In this document: piece by piece, positions 1 to 7,529 of the stretch | Numbering within the stretch: the first letter of the stretch is position 1 | Layout: each line of letters starts with the position of its first letter | IMG/VR virus record: IMGVR_UViG_3300007352_000398 | Reading direction: 5' to 3' (one strand) | Source: a virus | Length of the DNA stretch: 30,441 bases | Program-made: the position numbers and the translations under genes | Notes under the pieces: generated by a model | What the model was told of the DNA's origin: nothing | Seen by the model: only the letters and a program-made list of their open reading frames with translations | Databases searched by the model: none

Positions 1-152
1 TCAGACCGTTCCCATTGTTGGATGAGAGGTAACAAATTCTGTACTACATTTTGAGTGACCCCAGGATGTCCTTGGACTGATTGCATCTGCCCAACCATGT
101 TAGCTATTTGCTGGAGTGCCGCAACTTTTTGGTGTTCTGCTGCTGTTAACAT
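1..152 (-). CDS. Hypothetical protein, 5' part only (runs off the left edge): MLTAAEHQKVAALQQIANMVGQMQSVQGHPG...
   Basis: Not in the ORF track. ATG at 152 on the minus strand, frame open to the window edge, preceded by AAATGTTACAAT (170-159) 6 nt upstream. Confidence 0.6.
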   Translation of the reverse strand, partial: MLTAAEHQKVAALQQIANMVGQMQSVQGHPGVTQNVVQNLLPLIQQWERS

Positions 153-174
153 AGTTGTATTGTAACATTTAGAA

Positions 175-203
175 TTGAAACAAATTTATCTGACTCATAT
201 CAT
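175..203 (+). promoter_or_regulatory. Sigma70-like promoter predicted to give a leaderless Thg1 mRNA
   Basis: TTGAAA (175-180), 17-nt spacer, TATCAT (198-203), then 6 nt to ATG 210. Confidence 0.6.
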
Positions 204-209
204 AGCACT

Positions 210-998
210 ATGAGTGCAGATAATCTTGGCGATAGAATGAAGTCTTACGAAGCGGCTTTTGATTTTACGCTTCCTCAGCAATTACCATTGATTCTCAGAT
301 TAGATGGTAGGGCGTTTCACAGTTTTACGCGCAGAATTAAATTAGCACGACCTGTCGATGAAATTTTTCACCAGGCAATGGTAAAAACTACAATTACTTT
401 GTGCGAAGAAATCTCAAATGCTCGATTTGGGTATACACAAAGTGATGAAATTTCTATCCTTATTTATCCAAAGTACTTTACTTCTGATCCCTGGTTTGGA
501 AATCGTTTACAGAAAATGATTTCAGCTAGTGCCAGTCTAGCTAGCATAACTTTTGTGCAAGAATTACTGGCGGGCCCCTATGCTGACCGCCTTAAACAAA
601 TTAACAATATACCAACGTTCGATTCACGAATATTCATTGTACCTGCGCATGATGTAAACAACGTATTTTTGTGGCGACAACGCGATGCTTCAAAAAATTC
701 TGTAAGTATGTTTGCTGAACATCATTTAAACAGAACCACTATAGAAAATAAAAATACAACTGAAAGAATACAAATGCTATTGGACATTGGAGTAGACTGG
801 AATGCACTGCCATCATGGCAGCGAATAGGAACGGGAGTTATTAAAGAATTCTTTTCTACCGAAATCGCTGAAAACGATGGCTCTGTTAAAACTGTTATTC
901 GGACCAGATGGTCACCAATTGAGTTAAAAGATTTTTATCAAGATTCCTCACAAATTAATAAATTTTTAACTATACCCACAATGAAAACTGACAGTTAG
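210..998 (+). CDS. tRNA(His) guanylyltransferase Thg1 / Thg1-like protein (3'-5' nucleotidyltransferase)
   Basis: Family motifs LGDRMKSYE, RLDGRAFHSFT, YTQSDEISI, FDSR, WRQRDA..NS. Confidence 0.93.
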   Translation: MSADNLGDRMKSYEAAFDFTLPQQLPLILRLDGRAFHSFTRRIKLARPVDEIFHQAMVKTTITLCEEISNARFGYTQSDEISILIYPKYFTSDPWFGNRLQKMISASASLASITFVQELLAGPYADRLKQINNIPTFDSRIFIVPAHDVNNVFLWRQRDASKNSVSMFAEHHLNRTTIENKNTTERIQMLLDIGVDWNALPSWQRIGTGVIKEFFSTEIAENDGSVKTVIRTRWSPIELKDFYQDSSQINKFLTIPTMKTDS

Positions 999-1067
999 CC
1001 TTGCACTCCCTAGTTAACCTGTTACAGTCCATGTAGGAGTTAAAATCGGTCAACGGTTAGAGGTTTT

Positions 1068-1454
1068 ATGGAAACTACTATTAGCGTTATTCCTCAGGAA
1101 ACAATCGAAATCGCGGTTTCCGCCCCTCCCACTAAAACTGTATCATTTGAAATTGGTAGTACCTATTATCGAAGTAATACTTACTATATAGGAATCGGAG
1201 CTAATAAAGTATTAACTGTTCGGAAGCAAAAAGAATATTGTGTTAAACCGCGGGTTAATTATCGCTCTGTATGGATCAGTGTTGAAGACCTCTGTAAACT
1301 GTGGAAACTTTCAATCGAAGAATTTGACGCATTACTCGAAAAGTATATTAAACCCATTCGGCTACCCAATACTCGGTTAGGTAGCCGGAAAAAAGCAATC
1401 GACCCGCAGGAGTTTATTCGTGCGGTTCGATTACACCGTTTAGCTCAGATTTAA
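1068..1454 (+). CDS. Hypothetical protein
   Basis: 128-aa ORF with GAGGT Shine-Dalgarno (SD). The stop overlaps the convergent gene's stop. Confidence 0.7.
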   Translation: METTISVIPQETIEIAVSAPPTKTVSFEIGSTYYRSNTYYIGIGANKVLTVRKQKEYCVKPRVNYRSVWISVEDLCKLWKLSIEEFDALLEKYIKPIRLPNTRLGSRKKAIDPQEFIRAVRLHRLAQI

Positions 1455-1768
1455 CGACGGCGGGCGCGACGATTACGGCGAGCCTTGCGGCCTCTACGAG
1501 CTTTACGGGATTTTCTTGCTAGACGCTTCAGTTTGCGCGCGGCCTTCCGAACAATGCCGGGGAGCCTAACGCGGCCTGTAGAAACGAGCCAACTAGCTGC
1601 GGCTCCGGCGACGCCTGCGCCAAGAACCCACTTCCACGGCACTGCACCAAGACCCTCGCCATAATCAGCGAAGCTGCTCCCACAGGGTGAACAACCGCGC
1701 ATATCTTGCGGCTGCTTTAAGGCGACACGTTGAATAAAAGCCGCCAACTGACGAGTAGATAGATCCAT
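1451..1768 (-). CDS. Small membrane-associated protein with a protamine-like Arg/Lys C-terminal tail
   Basis: ATG 1768 follows a GAGGT SD and is preferred over TTG 1780. Hydrophobic stretch WKWVLGAGVAGAAASWLV, then RKARRGRKARRNRRARRR. Confidence 0.75.
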   Translation of the reverse strand: MDLSTRQLAAFIQRVALKQPQDMRGCSPCGSSFADYGEGLGAVPWKWVLGAGVAGAAASWLVSTGRVRLPGIVRKAARKLKRLARKSRKARRGRKARRNRRARRR

Positions 1769-1806
1769 AATTAACCTCAAAAATATTGTAACAAAAAAAG
1801 AGATAA

Positions 1807-2076
1807 TTAATTCAAATCTCGTTTATCAAAAATTTGCAATGCTTCATACTTGGGATACCAATAATAACTAAGACAAACCAAATATTTAGAATACAAAGAA
1901 TCCCATGCGGTTTTAATATATGGAATCTCTATATAATAGGTTGCATCGATCAAATACTCAATTCGCTCACTAAGCTTTAAAAGCTCAGCTGCTATGTAAG
2001 ATAGTCCAATACAGTCATTTTGGAAATACCCCTCAATTCGCATAAAGTCAGCTAACAAGGACTTATAGACATCCAC
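1807..2076 (-). CDS. Hypothetical protein
   Basis: 89-aa ORF with a GTG start 6 nt after TAAGAT. Confidence 0.6.
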   Translation of the reverse strand: MDVYKSLLADFMRIEGYFQNDCIGLSYIAAELLKLSERIEYLIDATYYIEIPYIKTAWDSLYSKYLVCLSYYWYPKYEALQIFDKRDLN

Positions 2077-2131
2077 GACTAAATCTTACATAGTTTTTTA
2101 ACAAACACAACAGTTTTGTTAAAATGCATGA

Positions 2132-2596
2132 ATGGATAAAAGACTGTATTCACATCTTTATCAGGCAATTAATATGAATAAGTTTCCTGGTGAAACGCCA
2201 TTGCCCGGCAAAACTGTGGCTCAACAGGCAAAAGCAGTCGATTATCAAGACATCCCACGAGATATTCAAGCTATGCGGGAAGCAACCTACAATCGTGAAG
2301 TTAAGAGAGGAGAATTTGTGCCAGAATTTTCAGGGACTAAGAAGTCAAGTCTAGGATCTTACTTAGGAGACGCAGCTAAGAAGACTATGCCTGGAGTGTT
2401 ACTCGTTGCAACGCTTTTTGCAGCTTACTATCTATTTTTCCGTAAGAATCCCGATGAAGAGGTTGAAAGCATTGAAGAAGTCGAAATTGAAGACGATTTA
2501 GAGCCAGAGGACACTAGCGAGGAGTTTGATGGGGCTGGAGATGTGGAACCAGAACCAATAGTTACATCGAGCTATCGGCGTCGTCGGCACTTTTAA
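2132..2596 (+). CDS. Single-pass membrane protein with an acidic tail ending RRRRHF
   Basis: Hydrophobic GVLLVATLFAAYYLFF followed by RK, then an E/D-rich region. TTTTGTTAAAAT lies 6 nt upstream of the ATG. Confidence 0.75.
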   Translation: MDKRLYSHLYQAINMNKFPGETPLPGKTVAQQAKAVDYQDIPRDIQAMREATYNREVKRGEFVPEFSGTKKSSLGSYLGDAAKKTMPGVLLVATLFAAYYLFFRKNPDEEVESIEEVEIEDDLEPEDTSEEFDGAGDVEPEPIVTSSYRRRRHF

Positions 2597-2634
2597 ATAA
2601 TTGACTTATAATTTCTAATCACTACACTTAGTGA

Positions 2635-3804
2635 ATGCGATTATTATTTGCTTCACTTTTATGTCATCGCGATGTTAAAGTCTGGACTTTTAACTGGTTT
2701 TGTGGTCGAATTCATTTAGACCACGGATTTGATATCCCACATTTGATTCTAAACGATGGATCACTGACGACTGAAGATATTGAATTTTTAAATTCTTTAC
2801 CCAAAGTTTGGGTGGATAAAGACCCAATTCATCTATATAATGTTCCAAAACCGCAACTGTTTGGAAAACTTCAATGTTTAGAACGTGGTTTTAAAAAGTA
2901 TGGTGCAGATCGGGTGGTCGTCTTTGATGGTGATATCTTTTTTTATAAAAACTGGGATTCAGAAGTAAGAAAAATTTGCACATCAGAAGCTATTGCTATG
3001 CGCGATTGGGGGAGTAGTCTAGGCCCACACCCCCGTGAATATAAACAATTATTCGGGGTCTACGAAGACAACATCACTCATAACTGCAACACGGGAATTT
3101 TTTCTATTGTCAAAGAAAAATGGTCGCAATTAGAAGCCATTATGCACAAATATATAAACACTCCGTTTAATATTATGGATGACCAAGGTTGTCTATTTGC
3201 AGCATTCTACGGTGAATTGCAGTACATAAATAACATCAAATGTATTGTAAATGGGGCCGAATTTATCCCTGAATTATGGCAGTGGGTACTAAGACAAAAA
3301 GGTTCTCATCTTCAAGGTATGCGTGTCAGACAACATGGCTTTAACTCGCTTGTTCAGCACTCCCTAGAAAATTTGCCGGATAAACTAATGTTACAGCAAA
3401 TAGAACCTCATAAGAAGCACATTAGTTTTGGATTAATGGAACACGACACCTACAATTTTGACTCTCCTTGGCACACATATCCCACACGATGTAAAGGAGT
3501 TTATATAACTGACGCAATTTATATGCACGGAGGATCGTGGGCGGAGTGGCATCTTGATAAACGTTTTACAAAATTCACGGCGCGGGTTGATTGCATGGAT
3601 ACTGGCATCAGAGAAAATGCAAAACCAGTGACTATTAATGGAAAGACATTCCCGATGGGAGAACAGATAGAAACTCTCCTAGAAGGTAAACTATTGATAG
3701 AAACTCAAGATGGCCCTGGCGCGCATATTGTATTTATAGAACCGCGCCTATTTATCAGTAAGCATCTACCGGATGTGGGAGATCTGTTTGTCAACCCCAA
3801 TTAA
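2635..3804 (+). CDS. GT-A fold glycosyltransferase (GT8-like) with an extra C-terminal beta-rich domain
   Basis: DxD motif VVVFDGDIFF, NCNTGIF and DDQG motifs typical of GT8-like enzymes. The C-terminal domain is unassigned. Confidence 0.65.
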   Translation: MRLLFASLLCHRDVKVWTFNWFCGRIHLDHGFDIPHLILNDGSLTTEDIEFLNSLPKVWVDKDPIHLYNVPKPQLFGKLQCLERGFKKYGADRVVVFDGDIFFYKNWDSEVRKICTSEAIAMRDWGSSLGPHPREYKQLFGVYEDNITHNCNTGIFSIVKEKWSQLEAIMHKYINTPFNIMDDQGCLFAAFYGELQYINNIKCIVNGAEFIPELWQWVLRQKGSHLQGMRVRQHGFNSLVQHSLENLPDKLMLQQIEPHKKHISFGLMEHDTYNFDSPWHTYPTRCKGVYITDAIYMHGGSWAEWHLDKRFTKFTARVDCMDTGIRENAKPVTINGKTFPMGEQIETLLEGKLLIETQDGPGAHIVFIEPRLFISKHLPDVGDLFVNPN

Positions 3805-4672
3805 AATTGCCGCAATCTGGAGCACACACAAAAACGACCCTACTTTTTCTACTCATCACAGTTTCTGGGAAGAGACTATAAAGGATAGAACTGATTGTGT
3901 ATTTGATAGGTATACCTGGCTTGATTTTCATCAAATGCCACATGGATATGATTTATATCTATTCATTGATTTTCATCCATCACTCTACAGTCTAGACACA
4001 CTTAACTATCATCCACGAGTATTTTACTGGTGGGATTGTTTCCATCAACCGTTTTCATTTGTGTCACAAGTTACAGAACTCTTTGATATGAGCTATTTTG
4101 CTGAATATCAAACGGCTAATTATTTAGCTAATCAAGGATACAAAGTTAAATGGCTTCCACCCGCTTTTTATCCAAAATTATACAGACCAATAGAAGCAGA
4201 CAATCTTTATCATTATGCCTTTGTGGGTCAACTTGATACAACAATCAAACGAAAAGGGTTAACTAGATTAGATTTTATATCGCAGCTTGCAAGAACGCCG
4301 AGCATAAACGGATACATTGGTAGAAATGTGTTTGGCGAACAAGTTAACCTAATTTATAATCAATCTCGCATACTGTTTGATCGAACAATATTTAACAACA
4401 TCGGAACTAGATTCTTTGAAACAATTGGTAGTGGTAAGTTTACACTCGCCAATCGAACTAAAGGACCAAATGGTGCTGATCTATTAGCAGTAGATGGGGT
4501 TCATTATGTGAGTTATGACGATACATTTCAAGACTTCATTTTTAAACTTAGGTATTATTTGGAACACGAAAATGAGAGAGTTAAAATACAGAAGCAAGGA
4601 GCCGAACACTTTTTAAATAATCATACATACAACCATAGACTAAATCAGATACTTATAGATATGCATCTATAG
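3773..4672 (+). CDS. GT-B glycosyltransferase (CgeB / Glyco_trans_1_2-like)
   Basis: YAFVG, RFFETIGSG, ERVKI..G..H....HTYNHRL C-terminal signature. The true start may be TTG 3788 after GGGAG. Confidence 0.75.
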   Translation: MWEICLSTPIKIAAIWSTHKNDPTFSTHHSFWEETIKDRTDCVFDRYTWLDFHQMPHGYDLYLFIDFHPSLYSLDTLNYHPRVFYWWDCFHQPFSFVSQVTELFDMSYFAEYQTANYLANQGYKVKWLPPAFYPKLYRPIEADNLYHYAFVGQLDTTIKRKGLTRLDFISQLARTPSINGYIGRNVFGEQVNLIYNQSRILFDRTIFNNIGTRFFETIGSGKFTLANRTKGPNGADLLAVDGVHYVSYDDTFQDFIFKLRYYLEHENERVKIQKQGAEHFLNNHTYNHRLNQILIDMHL

Positions 4673-4764
4673 TGCTATCTTCATAATGGAAAATAGCTAC
4701 TCGCCAAAATTTTTAACAATCTTCATACAATTGCAGAAAAGACTTCGCAAGTTATACTTTTGTC

Positions 4765-5505
4765 ATGAAAAAACGAATTAAACGTTCAATAATTTGGAAA
4801 CTCCCTTTGAACGAATTTAAAAGGCTTGTCATAGATTCCAAAACATTTACAGAAATCTTACAATTTTTTGACCTACCAGCAAAAGGCGGTAACATCAACA
4901 CCCTTAAACGTCGCATAATAGAAGAAGGCATAGATTTCTCTCACATTGCGTCTGGTTTAAATGCGAATAAAGGAAAAAAATTAAATAAGCTTCCAACCAT
5001 CACTGAAGCACTAGTCAATGGCAGTAAAATTAAAAATAGCACGCTTAAAAAGATACTACTTACCAATGGATTACTAAGTGAAAAGTGCTACATATCTGGC
5101 TGTCCGGTTCAATCTCCGATTTGGAATGGTAAACCAATAACATTGATACTTGATCACATTAATGGAATACGTGACGATAATCGTCTTGAAAATTTAAGAT
5201 TAGTTTGTCGTAATTGTGACGGTCAATTACCGACATTTGCAGGAAGGAATAAGCGCAATCCACGCAAAAATTGTGTAATATGTGGTCGCACAATTAATCA
5301 ACACAATAAAACTAATCATTGCAAACCATGTCAAAATAAACAACCACGTCCTGAGCGACGCAAAACTGTGCATCCTGCAGCTGAAGTGCTTAAGGCAGAA
5401 ATAGATTCCTTAGGTTATTCTGCTGTTGGTCGTAAATATAATGTATCGGACAATGCAGTTCGAAAATGGATTAATCAGGACTCGAATATTGACCATCCTC
5501 ATTAG
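4765..5505 (+). CDS. HNH endonuclease with C-terminal Zn-ribbon and HTH (tRNA-adjacent, homing-endonuclease-like)
   Basis: LILDHINGIRDDNRLENLRLVCRNCDGQ, CxxC...CxxC, YSAVGRKYNVSDNAVRKW. Confidence 0.88.
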   Translation: MKKRIKRSIIWKLPLNEFKRLVIDSKTFTEILQFFDLPAKGGNINTLKRRIIEEGIDFSHIASGLNANKGKKLNKLPTITEALVNGSKIKNSTLKKILLTNGLLSEKCYISGCPVQSPIWNGKPITLILDHINGIRDDNRLENLRLVCRNCDGQLPTFAGRNKRNPRKNCVICGRTINQHNKTNHCKPCQNKQPRPERRKTVHPAAEVLKAEIDSLGYSAVGRKYNVSDNAVRKWINQDSNIDHPH

Positions 5506-5543
5506 AATTTCTATTGATCCATCAATTAAATATAGTAATTTAC

Positions 5544-5571
5544 TTGACATATACAAAATATTGTATATAAT
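5544..5571 (+). promoter_or_regulatory. Consensus sigma70-type promoter of the tRNA cluster
   Basis: TTGACA (5544-5549), 16 nt, TATAAT (5566-5571), 12 nt upstream of tRNA-Glu. Confidence 0.75.
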
Positions 5572-5583
5572 AGCCTTCACAAA

Positions 5584-5656
5584 GGCCCCGTCGTCTAACG
5601 GCTTAGGACGCCAGGTTTTCAACCTGAAGATGGGAGTTCGATTCTCCTCGGGGTCA
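5584..5656 (+). tRNA. tRNA-Glu (anticodon TTC), CCA not encoded
   Basis: Cloverleaf: acceptor GGCCCCG/CGGGGTC, anticodon arm CAGG-TTTTCAA-CCTG, T arm GGGAG-TTCGATT-CTCCT. Confidence 0.93.
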
Positions 5657-5678
5657 GTAAAAATCGCGCAATGCGCGT

Positions 5679-5808
5679 CAGGCCAGTGAATAGTGATGTT
5701 GTCGCCTATTCATGATGCCTGGGTTGGAGGGGGCGGCCCACACATCGCCTTGTGTGAGAGTGGGCTAAGCATACCTAAAAGCTCACCAGGCCGCCCCCTC
5801 CCGTAACC
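5679..5808. ncRNA. Candidate structured non-coding RNA (hairpin plus three-way junction)
   Basis: Perfect 13-bp stem GGAGGGGGCGGCC (5726-5738)/GGCCGCCCCCTCC (5789-5801) enclosing CACACA/TGTGTG and TGGGCT/AGCTCA hairpins. Upstream hairpin CAGGC..TGAATAG/CTATTCA..GCCTG. Confidence 0.55.
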
Positions 5809-5817
5809 GATTAAAAT

Positions 5818-6006
5818 ATGATGAGTAAAGTTCCTAATGTTGGTGATAAAGCGATTGTTGATGATAATGAGGTTCGTGTGATTCGCATTATCAAAAACAA
5901 TCAAAATGAACCAGTGGTTTGTTGGGGGATGCACGAGACTGTGATTGGTGCGTGCATACCGAGTTTATGGGGCGAATGGTTAGAACGAAAACAATCAAGA
6001 ACTTGA
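5818..6006 (+). CDS. Small hypothetical protein
   Basis: 62-aa ORF filling the gap between the structured RNA and tRNA-Arg, with plausible composition. Confidence 0.55.
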   Translation: MMSKVPNVGDKAIVDDNEVRVIRIIKNNQNEPVVCWGMHETVIGACIPSLWGEWLERKQSRT

Positions 6007-6018
6007 TATAAGTTCTTT

Positions 6019-6091
6019 GCCCCCATGGCTCAATGGATAGAGCAACAGATTTCTAATCTGTAGGTTCCAGGTTCGAATCCTGGTGGGGGTA
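6019..6091 (+). tRNA. tRNA-Arg (anticodon TCT), CCA not encoded
   Basis: Acceptor GCCCCCA/TGGGGGT, D arm GCTC/GAGC, anticodon arm ACAGA-TTTCTAA-TCTGT, T arm CCAGG-TTCGAAT-CCTGG. Confidence 0.95.
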
Positions 6092-6682
6092 TTGACAATT
6101 AAAATTATATCTACCTTGGATGGTTTGATTACATATGACAGTAACTTTATCAGGCTCAATGAGATTCCTGATTATCTAGAAAAAACTAAAACTCTGCCCC
6201 TCAAACAACATAAAGTTATTATTCAAGGGATGGAATTCCGAGAAGCGCGTTTAACTTATTTTGCCGGCGACGCTGGTCTTAGCTACACTTATTCGGGTGT
6301 TTTGCGTCACGCCGAACCGTGGTCCCCAGAACTAATAGAATTTAGGAACAAGCTTAAAGACCGAACCGGCTATGATTTCAATAGCTGCTTAATTAACTAC
6401 TATCGTGATGGCACAGATTCAATATCTGCACATTCTGATAATGAACAAGGGTTGGGACCAAACAGAGATAATATCGTCATCGCTTCCATTTCACTAGGTG
6501 GCCCCCGCAGAATGATCTTTAAGCACCGCCCAACAAAAGAAGTTATCGAACTTAATCTTGAATCAGGCAGTTTATTACTAATGGAGGGCAAAACACAACG
6601 ATTTTGGTCTCACGAAATTCCTAAAACAAAGACAAATGTTAAGGAGAGAATCTCTCTAACATACCGATTAATACTGTCATAG
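6092..6682 (+). CDS. alkB: AlkB-family 2OG-Fe(II) dioxygenase (ALKBH2/3-like alkylation repair)
   Basis: FNSCLINYYRDG.DSISAHSD (HxD), IASISLG, WSHEIPK, RISLTYR. The track start at 6083 lies inside the tRNA, so TTG 6092 or 6116 is more likely. Confidence 0.9.
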   Translation: MTIKIISTLDGLITYDSNFIRLNEIPDYLEKTKTLPLKQHKVIIQGMEFREARLTYFAGDAGLSYTYSGVLRHAEPWSPELIEFRNKLKDRTGYDFNSCLINYYRDGTDSISAHSDNEQGLGPNRDNIVIASISLGGPRRMIFKHRPTKEVIELNLESGSLLLMEGKTQRFWSHEIPKTKTNVKERISLTYRLILS

Positions 6683-6686
6683 TAAT

Positions 6687-7526
6687 CTATTTAAGCCACC
6701 TACGAAAATCCATTGCCAGCTCTAATGCTAATTGCCTCCGCATTTCCGCAACTGAAGATATGGCCAATGGATCGTAGTCAATTTCACCGGCTCCATATTG
6801 ATGTCTAAAATCAAATGCGACCTGGGCCAATCCCATAGGATCGGTCAAAGCCTCGCGAATAGTATTTTCGGCAATAACTGGGTGTGACCCTCGCAAAGAT
6901 TCAACTATTGAATCTATGATTTCATCATCGACGTTATCTGCAGTGAAACCCCGATAAATGTGTCCTTGGTACTCAATTAACCGATCCCCTTCATTAGACA
7001 TCTCAGCTTGATAAATCAAGTCAACCAAGTCCACACTAAACTGATTTGTGTTAAACTCTTTTGTATTCAAATCTTCATATGCAATGAAAATCTCAACAAA
7101 CTCCTCTGCTCTGTGGCTAAAACTATAGCTCAGTGGATCACACACTTCGTCTAAACCCTCCCCACCAGGACCCCAAACACCAATAGGAAGATCATATCTC
7201 TCATAACTTAGGAGTAATTTCAAATCTTCTTGGGGAAGTCCTCCATATACAGCTCTAGCTAATAAACGTTTTAACTTGTATGTGTTTTTAGCTTCCTGCC
7301 ACTGAGGAAAGTGAGTATAAAACGCCGAATCGTCATGTCTTAACCGTTCAGCAACTACGTGCGTCATCGCTGCTGTCCTCATCATCTTTATGTACCGACG
7401 GTCAGCATGTTGCTGTATAGAAAACATACCGGATCTTATTGCTTCGGCTATATAACTGGTAATGTTTTCATCGGAAGGCTCCGCTAGCATTCTTCGATGT
7501 GCATCACGCAGATTAATATCAGCCAT
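6687..7526 (-). CDS. Hypothetical protein
   Basis: 279-aa ORF starting 3 nt after the recombinase stop. Confidence 0.75.
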   Translation of the reverse strand: MADINLRDAHRRMLAEPSDENITSYIAEAIRSGMFSIQQHADRRYIKMMRTAAMTHVVAERLRHDDSAFYTHFPQWQEAKNTYKLKRLLARAVYGGLPQEDLKLLLSYERYDLPIGVWGPGGEGLDEVCDPLSYSFSHRAEEFVEIFIAYEDLNTKEFNTNQFSVDLVDLIYQAEMSNEGDRLIEYQGHIYRGFTADNVDDEIIDSIVESLRGSHPVIAENTIREALTDPMGLAQVAFDFRHQYGAGEIDYDPLAISSVAEMRRQLALELAMDFRRWLK

Positions 7527-7529
7527 ACT

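Noticed and set aside
5410-5934. Short ORFs 5410-5622, 5426-5689 and 5710-5934
   Set aside because: They overlap the tRNA promoter, tRNA-Glu or the structured RNA and have no coding support.
6007-6018. TATAAG 6 nt upstream of tRNA-Arg as a leaderless, RNase P-independent tRNA promoter
   Set aside because: The hexamer lacks the conserved final T found in all the other sites, and read-through from the upstream consensus promoter is sufficient.
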